Positions 48,520 through 61,140 of a stretch of DNA of 64,000 bases are shown one piece after another. Position numbers and translations under genes: made by a program. Under the pieces are notes generated by a model. It was not told the DNA's origin, ran no database searches, and saw nothing but the letters and a program-made list of their open reading frames with translations. The stretch comes from Lama glama. Taxonomy: Eukaryota. Each line of letters begins with the position of its first letter. Positions within the stretch are counted from its first letter, which is position 1. The stretch spans positions 8,062,001 to 8,126,000 of the forward strand of contig CM052818.1 in the NCBI GenBank assembly GCA_028534125.1, given 5' to 3'.

Positions 48520-50949
48520 GTAAGTCAAGGACGTTGGTAAGTTTTACTTTGGTGATAGTGACAGTATAAGACAATAAAACTCTTCTTGGAATGTAGATTT
48601 TCTATTTGTCATCCCATAAATATGCTTGCCTTTCAAACATTACATACAGTTTCCTTAAGAAATCTTTGTGGATGATTTTCTAAATGTCAAGGAGCAGTGG
48701 ATACTGAAGAATTTGGAAGTTGCACTGATTGTCCATTGTAATGAATAAAAAGCCTGAATTTTTAAATTTGGTGCTTTCAGAATACACTGTCTACTCAAAA
48801 AATTGCTTAAGAAACACATATGAGAATACTTTAAAAGTACTTACTATGTCCATTAAAAATTCTGTGTTGTAAGAATATAATACTTTTCCCATTAAAATTA
48901 TTTTAAATTGTAGGTGTCCATTGTTTCCCAGATGTAAAATGTGTAAAGCAAGTGGTTTTAAAAAAGAGAAAGGACATATTTAGTTAGAATTTGCTTAAGA
49001 TATTTATATAACTTTGTTTTTCTTTTAGATAAAAATAGTCGAAAGGATTTGTCAATATTAGGAAAAATTATGTATTAATGTAGTCCATTTCAACCAGGAA
49101 ACTTTGAAGCAAAGTTTTATTGTTATGATTTAGCTGCCTTTTGTAGTTTTGCATTACTGGCTATGTCCTGAAATATATGATATTCTTTAGGTAGTTTTGT
49201 GTAATTTAACATTCTTGAGAGAACCTCACTTGGGTTTAAAAAAAAAACAGATTTTAATTAATTAACATTATTGCAATTTGAAAACATAGAAGAGTACATT
49301 TTAAAACTCCTTACACGATTTGGCTCTGTGGTACAAAGTTAAGTTTTTAAAGACATTGTACTGTTTGTTAAATAGCTGTCAGTTTACTTTTTTTTTAAAT
49401 GGATCTACTTGCCTCTGAAACTGAACACATTAAGTAAATCTAGTGAAAAAGACGTGATTAACTTGAAAGACATAAGGGATATAATGTAAGGGCTATGCTC
49501 TTTCGATGCAATAAAAATGCAGCTAAGTCCATTCATGATGTTAATATTGTCCAAGAAAAGTATGTTTGGAATCTCATTTATTATGAGATAATCCAGTTCT
49601 ACTTTGCCCGACTACATGTTTAACAGTTGTACATCTCCATCCACAACACTTATTAAAGTAGATTTTAGATGTTTTGCATGCCTGTTAAAACTCTCTCTCT
49701 AAATTAGCCAGTTACCTGTCAAACAGAAGGCTGTCTGCTGACATATACCTAGCTTTTCTTCAGCCCTCCCTTGTGGGCCTCCTCACAACAGCTTTGCAAA
49801 AAGCACAGCTTTCTCTTCCTATCTCTAGCACATTTGCCTTCTTTCTAAAGTAAACAGGCTCCCAGTGTAGGGACTTAGAGGGCTTCCTGCTAATTGCCAG
49901 CTTGTAAACTTAATTGGACTATCTCCCTGGGCACTGTTCCTAAATCAATTAGGCAATGAGTTGGCTGTCACCTCTTTTTCCCAAGTAGGTCTCTTGGAAG
50001 AGAATTATCCAATAGAAGTCAAGCATTCAAATGAAAAGGTGGTAACTTCTGCAACTGACATTTATCTTTTAAATTTTATTTTCAGTATGACTCAAGTTTT
50101 ATAAGATAGGGAAATTTTACAGTCTTACAGGCTCTTTAAAAGATCTAAATATGAAGTTTCCCAGGATTTTTGAAAATGTATTATAAGATTAATGTTTATT
50201 ACAGATTATTTTTCCTAGTAGGAGTAGATGCCTTGAAACAGTAGATTCCAACTAACAGATCTTTTTTTTTTCCTTAAGAAAACCCTGTTTAAAGAACAGA
50301 TTTTTCTTAGGATCTGCTACTAAATACATCCAGAAATTTTAATATACTTCTTGAATTAACACAGTGCTGATTCTGGGCATCCATGTGGAATTTTCATGTA
50401 TAATTCAAGTTACTGCATATATAAACAGGTAGTTGCATGTGCAGTTTCCCCACTAGGGAGCATTTATGAGATTTTTTTTCATATGCTTGTTATGCGAGCC
50501 TTTGGAAATTTTGACATGAAAGGTGTAGCTTACAATTTAAGAAGCTGAGATAGATCATAGTTTAAAATAGAATGCTGTCATATGTAAACGTGTCAGTGGT
50601 TGCTGCCAATATGCTAAGATTTTTGGAGTCTGACTCTTAGAATAGGTCAGTTAGTGTAATGTTGAAGGAAAACTGTTGCAAGGCGAGAGCTTCCATTCTA
50701 AATCCTTATAATCATCACAAAATGTGTTTGGGGTTAAAAGGGTATCGCCACTGTTACTAGAAGAATGCAAAACACACGTTTTCCTCAGGAGGGAGCCAGA
50801 AGTGTCATCCTCCTACGTGGAAGCAACGTGTAATCAGAATTCCTTTACCTGACCATCATTATCCATATTTCCACAAACACAGACAGGGGTTAATTTTAAA
50901 AAGAGGAGTCCCTAATTATACTACTGAGATATTAAAGCTTCTCCATTCT

Positions 50950-52210
50950 CACCTTTTCCAACCTTCACTGTGCTCCTTAAACTCACATGATCAGCTCCCT
51001 GCCCTCTCAACAGAGAACCTCACCTTTTAACTGGCACTTCATTAATTTCATCTGCTTCTCACCACCCACCCACCCACTTACGTACATGTGCTTTAATCGT
51101 TCTTTTTCAGTTCAGTGGAAAAGGAGACCTTCCTCTTGTCCAGGACTAGTTCCACTGCTAGTTCCTCTCTGGATCCCAAAACATTCCCTCTGACACCTTT
51201 CCTCTGTCACCCTCCCTACCCCCACCATGAATCTGGCTATAGCAGCAGGTACAAACCCAAGCCACACCATAAGACATATGTTCATCTCTTCCTTAAATTT
51301 GTTTCCCTCTGTTATTAATCTAATGTCCACCTTTCTTTCATAGTCAAACTCATTGGAATAATAGTAAACACGGAAATTCTTAGTTTCTTTATCTCCCATT
51401 CACTCTTCACAGCACCGCTTTTTGGCTCTTGCCTTCAGTGTTCTCCTGAAAGTACTCTTGGAAAGGCCAACAGTGACTTCCTACTTGATAAACATATTTC
51501 TTCTGTGTTACTTGATGACTTCTCAGCATTTGATGGTTGCTAACCACTTCCACCGTCATTGAACTCTCATTGTACTGGCCTTCTGTGATCCCAGATGCAA
51601 CTTTTTGTCATTTTTTAATGCTCTTCTTCTGCCTCCTCGTGAAAATGTTGAGGCTCTCTAAGGTTCCATTTTTAGCTCTTCTCCCATTTTACACAGATGG
51701 AGACTTTATTTTTGATTTTGGTATCCCATCTCTGACTTCAGTCCAGACTACTCCTGATTCCACATCCACATATTCACCAGACTTGCTGGGTACCTCCCCT
51801 TGGAGGTACACAGGTGCCTCAGACTTATTGCGGCAGACATGAAGTCATCATCTTTCTCCTTGCTTCTCCTCCTGTATTCTCCAGTTTTGGGAGATGTGAG
51901 TTATTTAGATGGAATCCCAAGTCAAAAGTCATCCTAGAATCCTCCCTCACCCCTAGTGCCATATCCAGTCAGTGACCAAATCCCATCTGCCTTCTAAATA
52001 CATACTGTCAAAACTGTCTCATTCTATTCAGCCTTGCTGTCATTACCATAATCTAGACCTTCCCTATTGTACCATGATCAAGCAGTGGCCCTCTGTAATG
52101 TTCTGCCTTCCACTCTTCCCAACCCACCACTCAGTTAATCCCCTGAATTGCCATCAAGTGCAGATTTGGTCATAGATTCTACACTGTGAAGTCCTTCAGT
52201 GGTTAATAAG
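50950..52210 (-). mobile_element. Decayed L2
   Basis: tgaaagtactcttggaaaggccaacagtgacttcctacttg..ttctcagcatttga..ccagactactcctga..atcctagaatcctccctcaccc. Confidence 0.7.
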
Positions 52211-52584
52211 CCCTGTCTGCCTCTTGGGCTTCACCTCTGCGGCTGTGATGCCCTAGCGTAGCTCCCCAGTCACGGCTTGTGCTCTCACTCTCCTTTGCAG
52301 AGTGGTTTGATAGTATTCCATCTACCTAGAGTGCTCTCACAGAGCCTACAAGATCGGGGAAAGCTTAAATGTTCAAATGATGACATCAGACAAATAATTA
52401 AAGTTAACTTCTTCCCTCTCATAGGATTTTGAAAATCACAGCAATTTGGATGTGTGTGCATGTGTGTGCGTCTGTCACACTGTCTAAAAAACAAGTAGCA
52501 TGATTTTTCTCTTAGAACTTGGTAAGAAGTATATTTTCTTCAAATGAATTATTTTTAATGCGTTATTTAAATTTTAGTTTACCC

Positions 52585-55415
52585 AGGTGGTAGTTTATTG
52601 CTGGAAAGACAATCCTTTCTCCATTGAATTAGCTTGACCATATGTGTGTGTGTCTATGAAAAGACTTCTTTCCCACTGATCTGTATGTCTGTACTTAAGT
52701 GAGTACCGCACTGTCTTAATTACTGTGACTTTACAGTAAGTCTTGAAGCCAGGTACTGTTAGTCCTCCAATTTTGTTATTTTTCAAAATTCTTTGGCTAT
52801 TCAAAGATCCTTTGAATTTCTATATGTTTTAAAACTGACTTGTCAGTTTCTACAGGAACACCTGGTGAGATTTTGATTGAAATTACATTGAATCTACAGA
52901 TCTGCTTGGGGTGGAATGACAGTTTAACAATATTGAGTCTCCCAGTTTATGGAACACAGTATCTATTCAGGTCTTCTTTAATTTCTCTCAGCAGTGTTTT
53001 ATAGTTTTAAGTATAAAGATCTTGTACATAACTTGTTCATGTTTTTGGATGCAATTGTAAATAGTATTTTTAATTATAGCTTATAATTGTTCATTGGGAT
53101 TATATAGAAATAAAATTTTAAAATATTGGCCATATATTCTGCAACCCTATTAAACTCATTTCTTAGTTGTAACTTTTTATTGTAGATTACTTAGAATTGT
53201 CTATATAGATAACTATGACAACTGCAGTTAAAAATAAGTTTTCTATATTCTTATCCAGCCTGTATGCCTTTTATTTTGTTTTCTTCCCTATTATACTAAA
53301 TAGGACCTCCAGTGCAATATCAAATAGAAGTGGCAAGAGAGGATATCTTTGCTTTGTTTCCAATCTTAGGTGGAAAGCATTTAATCTTTCACTGTATATA
53401 TAATGTTATTAAGCTGAGGAATTCCCCTTCCATTCCTAGTCTGCTGAGATATATTATCTTGAGTGGATGTTGAATTTTTTCAAGTGCTCTTTCTACATCT
53501 ATTGAAATGATTGTATGTTTTCTCTGGTCACAGATAGTGAATAATACTGATTAGTTACCAGATGTTTCAGTGACCTTGCATTTATGGGATAAATCTCTCT
53601 TGTTCATGGTTTATTATCAGTTAATATGTTGCCGGATTTGCTAGTATTTTGTTAAGGATTTTTGTTTATGGGAGATAGTGGTCTGCAGTTTTTTTTCTTT
53701 TCCTGTAATTTTTTTTTTATCATCTTTGGTCATTTTTGTCATTTTTTCTCATTTTGTTCTTTGTCATTTTGTCAGGGTAAAAGCTGACATTGTTAAATGA
53801 TTTGCGAAGTATTCCCCCCTCTTATATTTTGAATTGTATAAAGTTGATACTATTTATTCTCTTAGTGTTTGAGAGAATTCACCAGTGAAGTCATCTGGTT
53901 TTGTGTATGTTTCTGTGTGTGTGTATGTGTGAAGGTTTTTTAACTACAAACTCACATTTAAAATCATTCAGGTTACCTACTCATTTCTTCTTGAATGAGC
54001 TTTGATAGTTTGTATCTTTCAAGGAATCCATTTCATTTAAGTTATATTTATTTCTATATAGTCTCATTATTCACTTATTTTTAATGTCTAGTGCTGTAGT
54101 GATTATTCTTGATATTAATAAATGTGTCTTCACTTTTTTTCTCAATTTAGGTAGAAATTGGGCAGTTTTACTGATTGTTTCAAAGAACCAGCTTTTAAGT
54201 TCATTGACTTTTCTCTATTATTCATTCTTGAATTTTTATTTAACTTAGGTCTGATTTGCTCTTCTTCCCTTAGGTTCTTAATGTGGAAACTAAAATTGTT
54301 CATTTTAGACCTTACTTCTTTTCTAATTGAAACATGTAAAGCTAGAAATTTCCCTCTAAATACTACTGTAACCATAGCCAGATCTCACAAATTTTGATGT
54401 TACATATCTACTGTATTCGCTTCAAAATATTTCCTAGTTCACTTTGTGCTTTCTTCTTTGACCCATAAGTCATTTGAAACAATGTTTATTAATTTCTAAA
54501 TATTTGAAGCTCTTCCAGATATCTTTCTTTTTTTCTACTTCCTAATTCTTTTACTACATTCTGCTGTTGTCTATGCCCTTGAGGTTATTTACACTTACTT
54601 TGTTTGTATGGTAGAAATATTACATAACAGTGTGCAGTGGTGCATCACTCCTTAGCTCCATGTTCAGTGACATCACTTTAGTGTTTGAAGTTAGCCACGG
54701 TGAGAGTGTTTACAACACTTATGTTTGCCAGCACGCTTAGGATAGAAGGGGAATATTTTCTCCCTTGAAAATCTTGGTGTATAAATCCTTATACACTGAA
54801 AATCATCCAGATATCTGCTGTGATCTGAGAACCCATTCTGTATGATTTCAAAGTATTTACATTTATTGAGGCTTGTTTTATCACCCAGAATATATTCCAT
54901 CTTGGTTGATATTATATGTGCACTTAAAAAGACTGTGTGTTCTGCTGTGGTTGGGTGAAGTGTTTTATAAATGTTAATATTAGGTCAAATTCACCAATAA
55001 TATTTTTTAAATATTTTCTATTTTTACTGATTTTCTGTTTACACTTTCTCTCAGCTAGTCAGAGAGAAGTGCTTAAGTCTCCAAGAGTTAAGTGTAGATG
55101 TGACTTTTTCTCCTTTTAGTTCTATCAGTTTTTGCTTTATTATTTTAGAGCTCTGTTATTAGGTGCATTTAAGATTTTTATTTCTTCATGAATTTCCAAC
55201 TTTTTATTATAAAGTTACAGAATTCTTGGCTAATTCATTTTTCTCTCTCATCATTTTGAAAAGCCCTACAATTTTCTCTGGCTTGTGTAATTTGAGAAGC
55301 AAATTTTGCAATTATTCATATCTTTGTTTCTCTGTACATCAGGTGTTTTTCCCACTGGCTGCTTTTTAAGATTCTGTCTTTATCACCTTTTGAACAGTTT
55401 GATTGTGATTATATT
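52585..55415 (-). mobile_element. Long decayed L1 (L1M) ORF2 region
   Basis: ORFs 52595..52804 (ILKNNKIGGLTVPGFKTYCKVTVIKTV), 54142..54375 (VFRGKFLAL..IRKE) and 54691..54900 (YILGDKTSLNK..EIIQ..FSDH) are L1 ORF2-like pieces. Confidence 0.9.
54628..54740. mobile_element. MER63-like hAT-Blackjack fragment inserted in the old L1
   Basis: ttcagtgacatcactttagtgtttgaagttagccacggtgagagtgtttacaacac resembles the recalled MER63 core. Confidence 0.55.
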
Positions 55416-55812
55416 TTAGCTCTTCCTCTCTGGCTGGAAGTACTGCTTAGGCTATAGACAGAGTTAGTAAATTTCAGATATTTTCAGTTTCTTTCACAGT
55501 TCCTACACATTAATGTCTCCTGCCAAAGAACCACCCTGATTTATGAGGACCCTCCAGTGCTTGACTGTAGGCTTATGAAGGCTTTTGGACTGTAGCATTC
55601 ATTGATTCTACCAACACACACACACACAAAAAAACAGTAAAGTTTTATTGCTTAGTATAGTTAGGGCAATTCCCAGATTCCCGATCAAGTTGAGTCCTGT
55701 TAGGTATAGCCCAAGATTTCATTTTTATGTGACTTGAAGTTAGTATGAAGAATTTCAGCATCTTTTTCCTGAATAAATACATTTTTAAAAATCCTGAAAC
55801 TATTCCAGTTAG

Positions 55813-55837
55813 TGATGATGATGATGATGATGATGAT
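55813..55837. repeat. (TGA)n trinucleotide microsatellite, ~8 units
   Basis: Direct reading. Confidence 0.9.
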
Positions 55838-56835
55838 AACAGTAATGAAGAGTTACAGTAATATTTTATGTATTTTACAGCTTACAAGTGGTTTCACATA
55901 CATTTTCTCATTTAGCTTTATGATTTTTCATACTGAGTTTTTCTAGATTCACTCAGATCACTAAACATTTGCTAAAGGAAAAATTATAGTCATTTTAAAA
56001 ATGTTTAAAAAGCCTGCTTTAAAATAGTAGTACTTGTCATTTAATTACACAGAAATTGTTAGTTTCAAATGAGATCAACCATACTTAAAAGATGATAAAA
56101 TAAAACTAGAACAGAATGCTCCCCTACTTTGTCATGTGTACTTGTTCCTCTAAGATTAGAAGTGGATTTTCTTTTCATTTTAAAAGGATAAGCAAATATG
56201 TTTATGTTGTTCTGAGGTATTTTATAGCAGATCTTAGTTGTGAAGGGGATCAATAGAAGATTAATACTAATGATTTCTTACTCATAATTACTAATAGAAG
56301 AGAATAACCTCTAAATGCCAATTTAAAATAAATTGGTATGGGTATCTATGAAGACACTATCAGTTAAGTCTTAATAAAAACAGTCGTAAAAGCATTTATA
56401 TAGTCAAATTATATTTGTCTTAAGTATTTGTACGTTTTTGACTCCCATGTACTGAAGACAAGATCTAACTTAGAACTAATGAAGCTGGTCAATAAGAATT
56501 GTGTTGCATCAGAACTCTGCCTTTAAATATATACAACAGAGGCCTCAATGACAAATCAGAAAAATAAAGTTAGCTATTGTGATTTACCTAAAAATCTCGC
56601 ATTTATTCATTTTTAGTCTAAACAGTTTCATTATGTGGAGTTTAGATTAGTTTGTGCTGAATGATAAGCGTAGGCTAGATAAAGTCAGTAAATGATACTT
56701 AAAATGAAGAATTAACCTCAGCCAGATTATTCTTATTGTTTCCTTTTTTTCCCCTTACAGAAAAGTTAACTCTGTTTTTGTGATTCTACTTTGTATTTTT
56801 AAAAGATTCACTTGATTTTACATTTTTTGTGACAG

Positions 56836-57024
56836 GTATCTTCACACAAGGACAACTGAGCCCAGTAGACATCATCTTCCAGTATATTCACTGTGATGAG
56901 ATCTTTGAGGCAATAAACATCCTGAGTAGTATGAACTGGGACACTCTGGGCTACCAGTGCTTCATCAGCATGAGTGCCATCGTAAACCATCTTCTTAGAC
57001 AAAAGCTCACTCCAGAGAGAGAAG
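56836..57024 (+). CDS. WDPCP: WDPCP coding exon (~exon 11), (G)IFTQGQLSPVDIIFQYIHCDEIFEAINILSSMNWDTLGYQCFISMSAIVNHLLRQKLTPERE
   Basis: 189 bp; acceptor ttttttgtgacag, donor AAG|gtcaga; ORF 56829..57035. Confidence 0.96.
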
Positions 57025-60000
57025 GTCAGACTTGAAATATATTTCATAATAGGTTTTGTATATAATGAAGCATATTTTATTGCCAGTTATTTTTTGAGAA
57101 TGTTTTTGTGTTGTGTTACTAGAGATTAGAAGACAAAAATGTAAATGCCCTATATTAAACTGACAAAATCAGATATCAAATAATTACTCCCATTTGGTAC
57201 TTACTGTATAGTATTTGTCAACATAAACAACTTTTCTGTACATACCTGTGCTGGAACTCACAGTGCAGTCATTGTACATTTCAGTCTAAGCTCATCTGTA
57301 AAATATGCTCAGATTTCAAATGTTGATCAAGAATTTCATGTACGTCTCTACAGTCTGGTAGACAGAGGGCCCTAAACAAAATCCTTATTTCTCCTTCACT
57401 TTAGACATAAGTATTTTTCTCTCACACCCAAGTTCTTTGTCCAGACAATAGACGTGTGAGTGTGCGCGCACGCGTGCATGCTGTAGCCCAGGTGTTCCTT
57501 TCTGTTTTAATTCTAAATTAAAATTCTGATTCCCCTTTCCCTTTTGTCTGCTTGGATTTCTCAGCCTTCTCTTAATAAGTAATTTTGCCCATTGGATCTC
57601 AGATGTTTATTGTCAAAGACAGATAAAACACTGTTTTAAAAGAGAAAAAAATATATGTGCCACATACTTGAAATTACTCTATTTCCCAGTTATCCAGTAT
57701 ATGTTATTTTTATTATGAGTAATTTATTAACTTAATGTAGAATGCACCTAAACATTCTTGCATTTGTATCTTTACTTCAAATCTTTGCAATAAGCATTGA
57801 CACTAATGGTGGGACATCATGGCTAATGAGGAATTGTCTCTAGGTAATTTATAAAGTAGGAAAAGCAGGAAATAATGTCAAAAGGGCTTTAATGAAGAAC
57901 TTTTTGCCTACTATTTTCTTTCCGTGTTTACAGATTTTCTTATTCCATTATAATATGTTTCTAAAGTAAACAAGTTTAGACAGAATTCTGCATAAACCTT
58001 CATTTTAGTAATTTTAGAGAATAATCAGTAAGAACATGTTCTTTCAAGAAATCTGCAACATGAGACTTGGCCCAACTCATATGAGGCCCACAATAAATAT
58101 TTATTTGATGTTAACTGAATGTGCTTTTTGGAGTCCAGCCCATGTATGGAGATTCCAGGACTTCTACAATGAGAAAATGTCCAGCATAGTGCTTGGCCCA
58201 CAGTAGGTATTCAATGAATATTAGTTAAAAATAAAAAGTTAACTTCAAAATCTTAGGGTTCTAGGATTACTATAATATTTCTACCTGCAGGGTGAGCTCA
58301 AGTAATTATTTCCTAGTATTGATTCACTCTCAAGATTGGGAACATAGTAAGGGGGAAAAAAGCAGCAGAGTCCCTAAAAAAAACCTGTTATGGTACACAT
58401 AATTCATGCAAGAGATCCTAAATTTACAGTTGAAGAACTATAAAGAAGATAGAATACTGACTTTCTGTCAGGATGCTGAAAAACTGGTAACACATTTTTG
58501 TCTTGTAAGATCCCTGTGAAAGATTATTAGTGAATTCACAAGTGGGCATTACCAGACTCCTGCCTTAATAAAGGGTATGTTCAAGGAACCATATTGAGTA
58601 GATAGGGAAATAAAAATCTTGTATGATACTAGGCTATTAAAATAAAATGCTTACATGATGCTGGGTTATCAGAATATGTACATTTTAAGTAAGTATATGC
58701 ATTTCCCCCCAAGTAACTGCTAACACATTTGTAAAACATTCAGAATTCTTCTCTACTGAGATTTATTCTATCTGAATCTAACAAACTTGACATGGTAATT
58801 TGTTTTCCTTTTATTAGTGGAACCCAGTGAGCTCTTTTATTTGTAGCCGTGTTGTGGTTATCTTTGAGATCTTCATTTCTGCCTTAAACATCAAGCTGGG
58901 CTATCTAATGAATCTATAACTGTGCTGGGAGTTACAAGTATTCCATGGAGGCTCAAACATTTCAGACGTACGAAACATGCTGTCAGGAAAACAAGCAATG
59001 GCAGGAGAATCTGGCTTGTTCTCACAATAGCATTGCTGTATTCAATTTTAATCTAAATTGACTGCTGCTTTGAAAGAAAATACCCCTAAAGTTCATCTTA
59101 CTCTACTGTCTAGAGATTAAAAAAAGAAATTACTAACAGCTTAGCCAAGTCCATAGCAATTACTCTGATGAGGTATTTAATACTTTCAAACCTAAATATG
59201 CCTCAAACTAAAGAGTTTTGCTAAATAAGGAATTGTTTATTCAACCCAGTGCTAGTAGCATAAAAATCAGTGGAGTCTGACTGTGAACTGTATTCTCATG
59301 CAGCTCACCGTTAAGATAATTATATAACTTCCAGGTATTTCTGGGTGGAAACACAACCCCACTGGCATGTGTTGGTAAACTGTAAAGCAGGCAAAATGTG
59401 CCTTTTTCTCCCAATCACTAGCCCTTTGGTTTATCAAAACCTGCTCTCTAGTGCTTCTTTCCTAGGAGGGTGTCAGTTGACCTGAGCAGATTAGCATGCC
59501 ATCCCTCCCAGGGGTGTTAGCTTTCACACTTGGACAAAGCCAACAGTCTTGTTGTTTAGGACAGGATTTAGGGAAGGTATAGGGATTTTCGATCTTTCTT
59601 TAAAATTGTAATAGATATTATTACTCCAGTAAGGCTATTTTTATGTGTGTTATTTTTTAAACATCTAATACTGATTTCAATTGCTAATGCAGAAAGGTTA
59701 GTTTTCTCCTTTCAGCTAAAGAGAGTAAATGTTGAGTACATTGTGAGTTGATTTTACTGGAAATACTGTTCAAACTGTGTTGCTCTGATGACTCACTGTT
59801 TTAATTACCCATTTGTGGTGAGAGGTTGATTCATTATGGATTTCTTCAGTTTTGACAGCTTTTTGTTGCTCAGAGTCATTGTCAGCTTTGCCTCAAGTGA
59901 AAGTTTATACACAGGTTTGTTTTTGTACCAGCTGTCATATTTTAATTTCATCTTTCCTGCAACAAGCTCACATTTCATCCAAGTTTGCAAAACCTGACTG

Positions 60001-60075
60001 ACTGCAAACATGAGTATTCTGTTGTAATTGAACGAGTTTCACTTGTTTCAGTGCTTCTATGTTTGAATTCCACAG

Positions 60076-60199
60076 CACAGCTTGAGGCAAGCCTTGGAAC
60101 CTTCTATGCTCCAACAAGACCACTCCTGGATACAACTATATTGGAATATAGAGACCAAATCAGCAAATATGCAAGGAGATTCTTCCACCACTTGCTCAG
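60076..60199 (+). CDS. WDPCP: WDPCP coding exon (~exon 12), (A)QLEASLGTFYAPTRPLLDTTILEYRDQISKYARRFFHHLL(R)
   Basis: 124 bp; acceptor aattccacag, donor CAG|gtgaat; ORF 59985..60203. Confidence 0.96.
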
Positions 60200-60769
60200 G
60201 TGAATGATATCTTTGGATTACTTAGTGTCAGACTAATTACTTATTTAAGGAGCCATCTTCTTTAATTAGAATATTCCATAATATGGCTATCTGTTTTCTG
60301 ACAGTCCATCCCATAAGAGGAAAACAAATCATATCTTAATATTCTTTAATTCATCCTTGTTTTCCTTTTAAGGACTATATTTGAATATTGTTTAGGGCTT
60401 TTACATCGTTAGTACACTTTAATATAATTCCCCATTTGGTATGAAAGCAAATAATATCACCTATCTAAATCAACTTAAAAATGTTAATTGTACTCTTGGC
60501 ACTAGAAAAATGTTTGTTTTAATTGTAGCTAAAAATGTGAATGTGCTATAAACGTCTGAGACAGTCACTGGTCTGCTTTACTTTCAGAATTACTATAGAA
60601 AGATTTGTTCATTGTCCTCTTATATAATGTGGCAAGCTGCTCACTTCACTGTGCCTCATTTTCTTTGCTTTAAATGTGTAAAATAGATTCCTTTAATCTT
60701 AGTGATTAGATACAAAAAAATAGATAATGTCAAGAAATTACTCTGAGACAAATACTGTATAAGTTGAAG

Positions 60770-61140
60770 AACAAGTACACATAGCATATTCTATATGTAC
60801 AAAATTCAGAAAAGTTAGATGGATAGGTGGAGATGGATGGATGGAGAGACTTAGTTACTTTAGGGGTACATTTAAATGTGTTGATGCTATAAGTAAAAGC
60901 AAGGAAGTGACTAGCACAAAATTTAGGATAGTGTGGAATCGGTTAAGAGAAATATGATAGGAACAGGCACATGGGAGCCTCCAAGGTATTAATAATGTTC
61001 CATTTCTTAGGATGAGTGGGGTATATATCAGGGTCCATTAAAAATTACTACTTTCTTAGCTGAATTTATGCATTTTTTATACTTTTATAAATGATATAGT
61101 TGGGTACTTTTGTAAATGATATATTTTATAATAGAAAGTA
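60770..61140 (+). mobile_element. Old L1ME-type 3'UTR fragment
   Basis: aagcaaggaagtgactagcacaaaatttaggatagtg..ggcacatgggagcctccaaggtattaataatgttccatttctt. Confidence 0.55.

Noticed and set aside
48265..48540. 91-aa alternative-frame ORF inside the large exon
   Set aside because: Non-ATG start, no independent support; expected by chance in a 610-bp exon
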